A stretch of 62,823 nt of DNA, counting the filler, from Klebsormidium nitens (taxonomy: Eukaryota; Plantae; Klebsormidiophyceae), in assembly GCA_000708835.1 (NCBI GenBank). It is 6 parts of 6 records of this genome, joined end to end, with 100 filler letters (N's around TTAATTAATTAA, not from the genome) between each part and the next. Parts side by side here need not be neighbours in the genome. Positions count along the whole stretch, not along the records: positions 45,061 to 54,302 come from DF238021.1; 5 more parts are not named here. One strand, written 5' to 3'. Positions 45,144 to 54,402 of the stretch are shown here, piece after piece. Every line of letters begins with the position of its first letter. Position 1 is the stretch's first letter. The position numbers and the translations under genes were made by a program. The notes under the pieces were generated by a model. It did no database searches. It had not been told where the DNA came from and saw nothing but the letters and a program-made list of their open reading frames with translations.

Positions 45144-48100
45144 TCAGAGGTATTTTTCGAGGGCATCGAGGTCCGCGCTCCAGATAAGCTGAGGCGTCTT
45201 GCCTTCCAGCACCGCTATCTGAGTCTCCAAGCTTCTTATCCTGCCTTCTAGCTCCACCAGCCGCTCGCTCGTCATGCTGGCCAGCTGCATCTTGAGCATG
45301 TTGCGGGCCTCCGTCCGATCAGCCGTCGTCGCCAGCGTCAGTATGTCGTCCACGACCTCTTCGGCGGGTCGCCTCCAGACGGCGATGCGGCCGGCCACCA
45401 CGGCGTCCACGAAGGCACGCTGGTCGCGCTTGGACCGAAGATCCTCCTCCAGGTCCGACAGCATCCGCGCCTTCCGCCTCCCGTACAGTTCCAGCCTCGC
45501 GTCGAAGAACTCTAGCAGCATCTCTTCCACGGACCCGTACTTCCGGATGACGCCCCCGGTGTCGAAGGCGTACATGTTGCCATCGTCCACGTTCTTCCTG
45601 AGACGGAGCGCCCTCTCGGGATCCCCCTCCAGCCTCTCGGACAGGCATCTCTCCGACTCGAAAACCAGATCGATGCGCACCTCCTCCTCCGTCGACGTGG
45701 CGTGCACCCTCGCCACACCGTCCATCCCCTCTGCGAGCTCCTTGTACGTCTCGGTCCAGGTCCCGACGGGCAGCTCCGTGATCCTCAGGGTGGCGTTCCC
45801 GGCGCGCTCGAAAGAGCCCTTGACCACCCACGACTTTCCTTCGCCGGCCGACTCGACGGTGCCCCGGAACTTCCTCCAGAAAGGGGGCATCGGAAGCAGC
45901 GCGGCTCCCTTGCCGACGCCCAGGAGCAGCCGGAGGTTAGCCATGATGGTCTTCGGATCTCTGGGGTGGATGCTCGTGGAGAAACCCCAAGCTATGCCGC
46001 TGCACCCGTTCACGAGCAGCATCGGGAGGACGGGTGCGAGGTGCTCGAACTCGATTCTCTCGCCCTCCTCCGTGAGGGGCCTCAGGAGCGCCGAGTCCTC
46101 GCGGCGGAAGATCAGAGGGGCCGGCGCGGACAGCTTCGTGAAGATATAGCGAGGGCTGGCTGCGTCCTTCCCGCCGAGCAGCCGCGTTCCGAAGCAGCCG
46201 ATGGGTTGGAGCAGGTTGATGTTGCCCGCTCCGACGAAGTCCTGGGCGAGATTCACTATGGCGCTCGCTAGGGAGGTCTCCCCGTGCTTGTAGATCGTGC
46301 GGAGGGCCACCTTGGCCGCGAGCTGGGCTACCTTGATCTCGTCGGCCTCCGGCGACTCCAGCAAGGTGAAGATGATCTTCCGTTGGCTGGGCTTGAGACC
46401 ATCCCAGACGGAGGGCAGCGCCCGTTCGCTCGCCGCCAGCCCGTACCGCACCAGGTCGTTGTTCACGAACTCGGTGAGGCTCATCTCGGGCCCCGTCAGC
46501 TCCTGTGGGGGCGTCGCGGTCGCCGCCACGATCCAGCCCTTGCGCTCGTCCGAGCGAGAACCGGAGAAGGCGAGCTGCATGCTGCGGTGTCCCTCGTCGT
46601 CGCGCGTGTACCTGACGAGGTCCATCTTGCCGAACACGGCCTTCGCCTCGGCCGAGGTATGCGTGCCCAGTCCCTTGTAGTAGCGTATCTTGAAGCGGCG
46701 CTTCCTCTCGTCGTCGATCCACTCGGAGAACGCCCGCTCGCTGAAGAACTCGACGCAGCTCCCCTTGCCGGCGGACGGGATCGCTCTGATGATGGGGGTC
46801 CTCAGGGAGCAGACGAAGCCGAGGTCGACCAGGTTGGGCCAGAACGTCTCGACGAAGTGGATGATGAGCCCTAGGATGTGGTAGCCGTCGCTGTCGGCGT
46901 CCGCCAGCACGACCAGCCGGCCGTAGCGCAGCTGGCGGACGGACTCGTACGACGTGCCGTGCTTCAGACCCACGATCCTCTGGATCCGCGTCACCTCGGC
47001 GTTGGCGGCGAGCTGCTTGGCGGAGGCTTCCGAGACGTTGAGGAGCTTGCCCTTCAGTGGGAAGATGCCCCAGTACTCGCGCTCGGTCCGGTCCAGGGCG
47101 CCGACGCCTGCGACGGCGAAAGACTTGGCCGAGTCGCCTTCCGTGAGGAGCAAGGTGCAACGGTGCGAGTCGCGGGTCCCGGCCTTGGGCGCGTCGTCCA
47201 GCTTGGGAATCTTGAGCGCCGAGCCCCAGGACTTGGTGCCGTTCGTAGAGGCCAGGAGGCGCTTGTCGCTGGCGCGCTCCGACTCCGCCACCACCTCCCG
47301 GAGCTTGAGCCGGTCGACCACCTTCTTCGCGACCTCCGCGGGCAGCTCGAACCGGGGCAGCCTGGAGGCCGGCGTATTGCACGCGTCCTTCGACTGGCTC
47401 GAGAAGCTCGGATTCGCCACGTCCACGTGGACGACGAGGAAGATGGCCGCCTTCATGGCGGTCGTGCAGCGCTCGGCTCCCCTGATCGCCTGCCCGAGAG
47501 CACGCATGAGCGCGTTGCACGCCATGTCCACGTGTGTGCCCCCCATCGGCGTGACGACCCCGTTGACGGACGAGACGTGAGAGTACCCGGAACCGGGCGC
47601 CGACCTAGAGACGGCCAGCCTCCAGGGCCCGAATACGTGCTCCACCCACCCTCCGTTCGTCTCGTAGAGCCGGACGTAGTCCACGAACCGTTTGACCTTG
47701 ATGGTCTTGCCATCGAAGGAGACGGCGGGCCGGGGGGTGCAACCGGCGGCGTCCATGACCCTCCGACGGAACAGCGCGACGGTGTCCTCGGAGAACGCTC
47801 GCTCCGCCTCCCCGAAGTACTCGAAGTCGGGGACGAAGGAGACCGTCACGCTGGAGCGCTCCTTGCTGGACTCCGCCAGCCTCTTCACCTTCGTGTCCTC
47901 GCCCCTCGTGACCATGCCCTCCCCCCAGGAGTGGGTCAGCTTGAGGTTACGCTCCCGGTCCACCACCTCGACGTCGAAGCGCGTCGAGAGGATGTTGGCG
48001 AGCTTCACGCCGAGGCCATTACGTCCGCCCGTCAGGCGGTCCTGCGAGTCGTCGAAATTGTTGCCGGAGAGCAGCACCCCGAAGACGACCACGGGAACGT

Positions 48101-48413
48101 ACAGATCCGTCATCTGATGGTGCTTGACCACGGGGATGGGGGCTCCGTCGTTCTTGATGCGGACCCGTCCTCCCTCCACGGTGACCTTGATGTACGTCAA
48201 GGACTCATCCCTCTTGGACCTGTCGATGGCGTTCACGAGAGCCTCGTCGAAGATCTTGTAGAGTCCCGGATTGAAGGTGATCTCGCGCTTCGAGATGGGG
48301 CCCTCGACGGCATCGGCCACGAAGCACTCCCTCGTGACCGGCTCCTTCGAGCCGATGTAGGTGTCGGGGCGTCGACGCACGTGCTCGATCGGCTCCAGCA
48401 CGGTGTACTCCAT
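45144..48413 (-). CDS. top2: Type IIA DNA topoisomerase, minimal viral-type (1089 aa)
   Basis: DEALVNAID, NDG, GRNGLGVKL (GHKL ATPase); TEGDSAK, PLKGKLLNV, DADSDGYHI (TOPRIM); YYKGLGT, DGLKPSQRK, YKHGETSL, ASPRYIF (catalytic Tyr). No eukaryotic C-terminal tail and no introns. Confidence 0.97.
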   Translation of the reverse strand: MEYTVLEPIEHVRRRPDTYIGSKEPVTRECFVADAVEGPISKREITFNPGLYKIFDEALVNAIDRSKRDESLTYIKVTVEGGRVRIKNDGAPIPVVKHHQMTDLYVPVVVFGVLLSGNNFDDSQDRLTGGRNGLGVKLANILSTRFDVEVVDRERNLKLTHSWGEGMVTRGEDTKVKRLAESSKERSSVTVSFVPDFEYFGEAERAFSEDTVALFRRRVMDAAGCTPRPAVSFDGKTIKVKRFVDYVRLYETNGGWVEHVFGPWRLAVSRSAPGSGYSHVSSVNGVVTPMGGTHVDMACNALMRALGQAIRGAERCTTAMKAAIFLVVHVDVANPSFSSQSKDACNTPASRLPRFELPAEVAKKVVDRLKLREVVAESERASDKRLLASTNGTKSWGSALKIPKLDDAPKAGTRDSHRCTLLLTEGDSAKSFAVAGVGALDRTEREYWGIFPLKGKLLNVSEASAKQLAANAEVTRIQRIVGLKHGTSYESVRQLRYGRLVVLADADSDGYHILGLIIHFVETFWPNLVDLGFVCSLRTPIIRAIPSAGKGSCVEFFSERAFSEWIDDERKRRFKIRYYKGLGTHTSAEAKAVFGKMDLVRYTRDDEGHRSMQLAFSGSRSDERKGWIVAATATPPQELTGPEMSLTEFVNNDLVRYGLAASERALPSVWDGLKPSQRKIIFTLLESPEADEIKVAQLAAKVALRTIYKHGETSLASAIVNLAQDFVGAGNINLLQPIGCFGTRLLGGKDAASPRYIFTKLSAPAPLIFRREDSALLRPLTEEGERIEFEHLAPVLPMLLVNGCSGIAWGFSTSIHPRDPKTIMANLRLLLGVGKGAALLPMPPFWRKFRGTVESAGEGKSWVVKGSFERAGNATLRITELPVGTWTETYKELAEGMDGVARVHATSTEEEVRIDLVFESERCLSERLEGDPERALRLRKNVDDGNMYAFDTGGVIRKYGSVEEMLLEFFDARLELYGRRKARMLSDLEEDLRSKRDQRAFVDAVVAGRIAVWRRPAEEVVDDILTLATTADRTEARNMLKMQLASMTSERLVELEGRIRSLETQIAVLEGKTPQLIWSADLDALEKYL

Positions 48414-48481
48414 GGTTCGTGGGAATGAGCCTTGATCCCGATCGGCGACGGGAATTTATACTGGGACTATTCGGTGCAGAG

Positions 48482-48832
48482 TCACTTGACGCTCTCCCGC
48501 CACGAGCGCCTTTCCGACAGAGGTGCGACCCTGTGTTCGACGCCACAGGGCGACGAGGAGACTCTCCAATCGCGCGCCGAGAGGTGCTGACGCTTGATCC
48601 GGCGGAACGTGGGCTCGTCGATGGTCACCTTGATGTGGACGTGTTGGTGGCTCTTCCAGCGGCCCTTGTTGTATTGCACGTTGAAGGAGTCGGTCATGGC
48701 GCCTATCATGAGGTCTATCTCGCGCAGGACCGCGTGCGCTTCCTCCGGAGCCATGTCCGTGAGGTGCTCTACGTGCCGGTAGGGAGTGTATATGAAGAAA
48801 TCTCGGTCTCGCAGGTCGAAATGCAGACGGCC
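48482..48832 (-). other. Second copy of the HIT gene, 3' part (5' part lost in a 20-N gap)
   Basis: Near-identical to 49059-49410; HQHVHIK versus HQHVHMK. Confidence 0.85.
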
Positions 48833-48852
48833 NNNNNNNNNNNNNNNNNNNN

Positions 48853-48990
48853 CGTGATCTCGCGCTTCGAGATGGGGCCCTCGACGGCATCGGCCACGAA
48901 GCACTCCCTCGTGACCGGCTCCTTCGAGCCGATGTAGGTGTCGGGGCGTCGACGCACGTGCTCGATCGGATCCAGCACGGTGTACTCCAT
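48853..48990 (-). other. Second copy of the Topo II 5' end, cut by a gap
   Basis: MEYTVLDPIEH versus MEYTVLEPIEH at 48413. Confidence 0.85.
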
Positions 48991-49058
48991 GGTTCGTGGG
49001 AATGAGCCCTGATCCCGATCGGCGACGGCAATTTGTACCGGGACTAATCGGTGCAGAG

Positions 49059-49496
49059 TCACTTGACGCTCTCCCGCCACGAGCGCCTTTCCGACAGAGG
49101 TGCGACCCTGTGTTCGACGCCGCAGGGCGACGAGGAGACTCTCCAATCGCGCGCCGAGAGGTGCTGACGCTTGATCCGGCGGAACGTGGGCTCGTCGATG
49201 GTCACCTTCATGTGGACGTGTTGGTGGCTCTTCCAGCGGCCCTTGTTGTATTGCACGTTGAAGGAGTCGGTCATGGCGCCTATCATGAGGTCTATCTCGC
49301 GCAAGACCGCGTGGGCTTCCTCCGGAGCCATGTCCGTGAGGTGCTCTACGTGCCGGTAGGGAGTGTATATGAAGAAATCTCGGTCTCGCAGGTCGAAATG
49401 CAGACGGCCGAAGGTTCCGTCTTCGAAGATGTAGGAGCGGATCTTGGGCGATGCGAAGGGGTCGCATGTGTAGCACGCCAGGCTGACGGAAGGCAT
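49059..49496 (-). CDS. HIT (histidine triad) family nucleotide hydrolase (145 aa)
   Basis: N-terminal CYTC, YTPYRHVEHLTDM, FNVQYNKG...HQHVHMK (HxHxH triad). Confidence 0.8.
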   Translation of the reverse strand: MPSVSLACYTCDPFASPKIRSYIFEDGTFGRLHFDLRDRDFFIYTPYRHVEHLTDMAPEEAHAVLREIDLMIGAMTDSFNVQYNKGRWKSHQHVHMKVTIDEPTFRRIKRQHLSARDWRVSSSPCGVEHRVAPLSERRSWRESVK

Positions 49497-49559
49497 CGCT
49501 CACTGACGCCAACATCCATTTTACGGAAGCGCTTTCGACCGAGGGAGTTTCGTGGAATG

Positions 49560-50318
49560 TCAGTAGGATATTGGCTCGTAGTCCAGCGTGTAACCGAGCT
49601 TGAGCAAGGCTTGGCGGCCGATGTACTCTGAATACGGGGGTGGTATCGCCTGAGCGATGGACTTACCCTTTGTCAGCCAGTCGATCTGCATCGCGTCAGC
49701 CCACTCTGCAACGGTCCCTCGTCGACGGCCTGGGTCACCATACACGGCAAACATCTGGCCGGCTGAATCGGTCGACAGATCCCCACCTCGTGTCCTCGGT
49801 CGTGGGCCAGAGGTCCTTGCGGGTCTGTCTCTCTCCAAGATCTCGACCCGCTGTCTCAAATCCCGCTCGATCTCTCTGATCGACCTGTACCTGACGCCCG
49901 ACGGCGAATAGTAGTACGTATCGGTCGTACCCGCACTTTCACCAGCTTTCCGCACGACCGTCCGTGATTTCCATTCGTCTTCACCAGTCCCCATCGTGAG
50001 CTGGAGGGTGGGCACCTCCGGATCCAACGGATCGAGAGGTTCGGTCGATGTTTTGCGTCCGAGGTGCGGGGATCGATCCCCCAGCGAGCGCCCGGCGTGA
50101 CTGCACCTGCGATCCTTGACTTCGAGCCCGAAATTCGATTCGAAAAGCCTGTGCCGAAACACCTTCAGCTTTGGAAACATCGTGCCGCACAGCATCGCCA
50201 ACGGCCCCGATAGCTCGCGCACAGCACCCATGACGTTCTCTATCACGTACGGTTTTCCACTGGCCACCAACTTCTCTCGAGTAGACGGAATGAGGTTCTC
50301 GTGATTCCAACGGTGGCC
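49560..50318 (-). other. Second copy of the MTase-MBD gene, 3' part
   Basis: Aligns to 50489-51247 with about 7 amino-acid differences; MBD at 49857-49985. Confidence 0.85.
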
Positions 50319-50488
50319 NNNNNNNNNNNNNNNNNNNNGAAGGTTCCGTCTTCGAAGATGTAGGAGCGGATCTTGGGGGATGCGAAGGGGTCGCACGTGT
50401 AGCACGCCAGGCTGACGGAAGGCATCGCTCACTGACGCCAACATCCATATTACGCAGGCGCTTTCGACCGAGGCGGTTTCGTGGAATG

Positions 50489-51544
50489 TCAGTAGGATAT
50501 TGGCTCGTAGTCCAGCGTGTAACCGAGCTTGAGCAAGGCTTGGCGGCCAATGTACTCTGAATACGGGGGCGGTATCGCCTGGGCGATGGACTCACCCTTT
50601 GTCAGCCAGTCGATCTGCATCGCGTCAGCCCACTCTGCGACGGTCCCTCGTCCACGGCCTGGGTCACCATACACGGCGAACATCTGGCCGGCTGAATCGG
50701 TCGACAGATCCCCACCTCGTGTCCTCGGTCGTGGGCCAGAGGTCCTTGCGGGTCTGTCTGCCTCCAAGATCTCGACCCGCTGTCTCAAATCCCGCTCGAT
50801 CTCTCTGATCGACCTGTACCTGACGCCCGACGGCGAATAGTAGTACGTATCGGTCATACCCGCACTTTCACCAGTTTTCCGCACGACCGTCCGTGATTTC
50901 CATTCGTCTTCACCAGTCCCCATCGTGAGCTGGAGGGTGGGCACATCCGGATCCAACGGATCGAGAGGTTCGGTCGATGTTTTGCGTCCGAGGTTCGGGG
51001 ATCGATCCCCCAGCGAGCGCCCGGCGTGACTGCACCTGCGATCCTTGACTTCGAGCCCGAAATTCGATTCGAAAAGCCTGTGCCGAAACACCTTCAGCTT
51101 TGGAAACATCGTGCCGCACAGCATCGCCAACGGCCCCGATAGCTCGCGCACAGCACCCATGACGTTCTCTATCACGTACGGTTTTCCACTGGCCACCAAC
51201 TTCTCTCGAGTAGACGGAATGAGGTTCTCGTGATTCCAACGGTGGCCATATTGCTCGCGCTTCGCAGTAGGAATGATAGCGGTGAAGCTCTGGCATGGCG
51301 GTGAGGCCCACACGAACTCTGCCTCGGCGAGCTCAGCTTCGAGGGCAGATTTCCGTACGAACTCGAAGGGGTACTCTGCCTGCTCATCGATGTCATATCC
51401 GATCACGTCGAATCCCGCCAGAAAGAGCCCCATCCCAACGCCTCCTCCGCCGCAGTAGAGGTCGACGGCGAGGGGTCGTCTGCGCTCACCATCGGGACCA
51501 AGGGGTACGCAACGCTCACCGATGGTGGTCAGACGGGCATCCAT
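50489..51544 (-). CDS. Phage-type C5 cytosine DNA methyltransferase with an internal methyl-CpG-binding domain (351 aa)
   Basis: Motif I DLYCGGGG, IV ASPPCQ, VI IENV, VIII RHRLF, C-terminal MQIDWL...AQAIPPPYSEYIG. Insert EWKSRTVVRKTGESAGMTDTYYYSPSGVRYRSIREIERDL at 50786-50914. Likely start MDARL at 51544. Confidence 0.88.
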   Translation of the reverse strand: MDARLTTIGERCVPLGPDGERRRPLAVDLYCGGGGVGMGLFLAGFDVIGYDIDEQAEYPFEFVRKSALEAELAEAEFVWASPPCQSFTAIIPTAKREQYGHRWNHENLIPSTREKLVASGKPYVIENVMGAVRELSGPLAMLCGTMFPKLKVFRHRLFESNFGLEVKDRRCSHAGRSLGDRSPNLGRKTSTEPLDPLDPDVPTLQLTMGTGEDEWKSRTVVRKTGESAGMTDTYYYSPSGVRYRSIREIERDLRQRVEILEADRPARTSGPRPRTRGGDLSTDSAGQMFAVYGDPGRGRGTVAEWADAMQIDWLTKGESIAQAIPPPYSEYIGRQALLKLGYTLDYEPISY

Positions 51545-51628
51545 CGTTCTATCGTCTCGAATGCATAAAAATTCGAGAAAGGTTGGAACGAGCGAGCGTG
51601 CGTCGGTCTGGCGAACCGTCATAATCCA

Positions 51629-52939
51629 GTGCCAGAATCTAAGAATTTTCCCCGCGTTTCGTATGTCACCATGCCTCCTGCATGCCGCGTGCCGCGTTGC
51701 GAGGCAATCCGGGGGGATCGTTGCAGGTGTCCCAATCCCTGGATCGAATTCGTGAGCAAGACGGCGAGGGAGCGTCGGCGTCAAGGGATCCCTAGATTGA
51801 CTCGGCAGCAGCTTTCGTCGGCGTACAAAGAAGCCAGAGATAGGGGCGACTTCGTGCCGCCCGAGCACCTGAGAGAGAAGGTGGCGCCCTGCAAAACGGA
51901 CATATTCAAGCTGTGTGCATGGCGGATGAAGCGCAGGTCACCCCTGATGATCGACCTGGACTGGAGAAAACTCAGGAGCAATGCTGCAAAGTCGCTGCTC
52001 GACAAGCGTGTCGCGGCCTTCATCGAGCAAGAGACGAACGGGCCGGACCAACAGGGCGCGACCCAAGTCGAGGGGTTCAGGAGAGCCTTCTCGAGACTCG
52101 GGTGGACAGAACCACCCCCGGGCATCCCGCTCGGTGAGGTGAAGGAGATGATCACCGATAGACTGGGCCGCAGAGAATTGACGGTGCAGAAGTACATCGG
52201 TGGTGGTATCTCCGGTTCCGTTTTTCGAGTGGAGCGGAGAGAGGCGGACGGAAACATCGCGAAAGCGGTGGTGAAGATAGTTCGCATCCGGCACGACGGC
52301 GAATGGACGACTTTCGTCAGGGAGGTCGACAAGCAACGGCAGTTTGCTGAATTACTGGATGACCACCTAGAAACCAAGACCCTGCGCGTCCCCACAGTGC
52401 ACGAGATGTGGAAGCTACCTGGAGGCATGGAGGCTGCCGTATTGATGGAGTCCATCGACGGGTCCCTCGGCTCATTCGTGCGCAGATATCGCGACAACCC
52501 GAGCTTCCTCCTCGAGATCGCGAGGCAGCTGAAACGCACGGTGGCATCACTGCGCCGGAAGAAGGTGGTTCACGGCGACTTACATTACGAGAACATAGGC
52601 TACAAGTTACTACCGAACGGCAGACCCGAAATCTACATCATAGACTTCGGGCGAAGCGTGGGGCCACTGACGGCGACTCGATTCGAGAGGGTCGCAGACA
52701 TCGACCGCTGGTGCGTCTGGAGAGCAGCCTGCACGAGAGGCACGTCCGCCGCAGCATTCAACAAGGCGCTGCATGAGGTGAGCTTCCCCGGGAGCAGAGT
52801 GATGGACGACTGTACAGGATTTGGGAGCAAGCCGATCTCTGATGGTATGGATGCGAAGATGGTGGAGCGCATAGACGACCTCAGCTTCGGTAAGATCGTC
52901 GAGCTCATGATTTCAGTCGATCCGACATTCAAACTTTAG
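51629..52939 (+). CDS. Viral-type Ser/Thr protein kinase with a basic N-terminal extension (436 aa)
   Basis: IGGGISGSVF (Gly loop), AVVKIV, HGDLHYENI, IIDFGRS; intronless. Confidence 0.85.
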   Translation: MPESKNFPRVSYVTMPPACRVPRCEAIRGDRCRCPNPWIEFVSKTARERRRQGIPRLTRQQLSSAYKEARDRGDFVPPEHLREKVAPCKTDIFKLCAWRMKRRSPLMIDLDWRKLRSNAAKSLLDKRVAAFIEQETNGPDQQGATQVEGFRRAFSRLGWTEPPPGIPLGEVKEMITDRLGRRELTVQKYIGGGISGSVFRVERREADGNIAKAVVKIVRIRHDGEWTTFVREVDKQRQFAELLDDHLETKTLRVPTVHEMWKLPGGMEAAVLMESIDGSLGSFVRRYRDNPSFLLEIARQLKRTVASLRRKKVVHGDLHYENIGYKLLPNGRPEIYIIDFGRSVGPLTATRFERVADIDRWCVWRAACTRGTSAAAFNKALHEVSFPGSRVMDDCTGFGSKPISDGMDAKMVERIDDLSFGKIVELMISVDPTFKL

Positions 52940-53420
52940 GTGTCCGATACAGCCCCTCGAGAATCGCTTTTTGGCCCGCAAGATCCAACTTCGGAGACCT
53001 GACGACGTACTCTCCCGTCGGAAAATTGATTCGCAGCGGCAGATTATACGCATGTGCGTGAGTCTCTAGCTCGCCTAGCCGCACTTCGTGAAGTGTCGAA
53101 GATGGGTCGAACTGGTATTGGAACTCGCATGCATACTCGCGATCGGAGAACACCATCGCCATCGGCGGCTCCATCGCTGTCAGTGGCGTCAATGGTGCTC
53201 TCAGGATGTTGCTCCGATGCTTCAATACGAACACCTTGTCGGCGTTCGAAAGCGATGGCGGGCTGATGTCACATGCCCTGACACCGAGACCGGCGATCGA
53301 GCGGATGGGTTGCACGAATCTAACAGCATGAGACATGACACCCTTACCCATCCGAAAGAAAAGATGCGTGCAGAATGTACGTGATGACGATCGTCCGTTT
53401 CTTTTACCAGGGGCTGCCAC
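52929..53420 (-). CDS. Hypothetical protein
   Basis: ORF converging on the kinase with overlapping stops; true start uncertain. Confidence 0.4.
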   Translation of the reverse strand: MAAPGKRNGRSSSRTFCTHLFFRMGKGVMSHAVRFVQPIRSIAGLGVRACDISPPSLSNADKVFVLKHRSNILRAPLTPLTAMEPPMAMVFSDREYACEFQYQFDPSSTLHEVRLGELETHAHAYNLPLRINFPTGEYVVRSPKLDLAGQKAILEGLYRTPKV

Positions 53421-54257
53421 GTCAGCAAATAAAGCGTCTTGTGGAGGAATCCGAGGTCTTTCCTCTTAATGGATTCCCAAGTGATTATTATCACAAGACA
53501 GTAAGACAGTAAGACGCANNNNNNNNNNNNNNNNNNNNCTTGCGTCTTACGGGGTGGTATGGGTGGGGCCTGCCGGGCAATGGGTCCCCGCTCGTTGGTG
53601 GCCTGTGATCTAAGCTGAGGTGGTAACCAGACTGCCCTCGGCTGGTGCGCGCTGCTGTAAACCAGGTGCAGTGGGCTGCCCCATTTGCAACAAGCCCGCA
53701 GGAATGCATCTGTTGAAAGTGCCGCAGCAAGGTCAGCCTCAATCAACTCGCAGCCCTTACTCAAGCCTGAAACTTCCTGCTCCTGCAAACCGCTGCCTAC
53801 ATTCTGCAGCAATGCGTACGCCGAAGGAGCTGTAAGGGACGGTGTGGCTAGCCCAAAGCGGCCCCGTGCCTGTCCAATTCACATTCCCGACCAACAGGCG
53901 CACGTCATATGCCCTCTTACTAACCATCGCTGATGATTGTTCCTATTTCTCGTTGAAACGGGAACAGTTTAATATAGTAGGGAGTGCTGGCAACTAGATT
54001 GGCGCGAAACACCGAGTTTTGTGTAAAGGTACACCAAAGAAAGTAAGCAGATCAACGGCTGTGACCTAAACTCCGTACATACAGAGTTTGCTCCAGAGTC
54101 GTCGAAGGGACCCTACCAGTTCAACCCAAAAGTTACGCGGTTGGTACCGAGCGAATCATGCCAAAGCTACTTCAAGGATCAGAAGTGGCAAACTTTGGTG
54201 CAAGTCTGTGATTATTTGATGGGCGCGCGCGAAGGAAGTGGTCAGTTGCAAAAAAAA

Positions 54258-54280
54258 CCCTAAATCCTAAAACCCTAAAA
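54258..54280. repeat. Telomere-like remnant CCCTAAA-TCCTAAAA-CCCTAAAA
   Basis: Three degenerate plant/algal-type units 22 nt before the scaffold end. Confidence 0.45.
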
Positions 54281-54302
54281 GGTGCATCAGCTGCATCAGT
54301 TG

Positions 54303-54402
54303 NNNNNNNNNNNNNNNNNNNNNNNNNNNNNNNNNNNNNNNNNNNNTTAATTAATTAANNNNNNNNNNNNNNNNNNNNNNNNNNNNNNNNNNNNNNNNNN
54401 NN
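54303..54402. other. Artificial scaffold linker
   Basis: 100 nt N/TTAATTAATTAA/N. Confidence 0.97.

Larger units (their letters stand above)
45061..53420. mobile_element. Giant-virus (Nucleocytoviricota)-like fragment, probably endogenous
   Basis: Dense, intronless, GC-rich genes: minimal Topo II, HIT, C5 MTase and kinase, with very short intergenic spacers. Flanked on the right by lower-density host-like sequence. Confidence 0.7.

Noticed and set aside
45274-48428. Long overlapping ORFs (45274-46149, 45702-46271, 45937-47520, 46878-48428 and others)
   Set aside because: Antisense or alternate-frame shadows of the GC-rich Topo II gene; no motifs.
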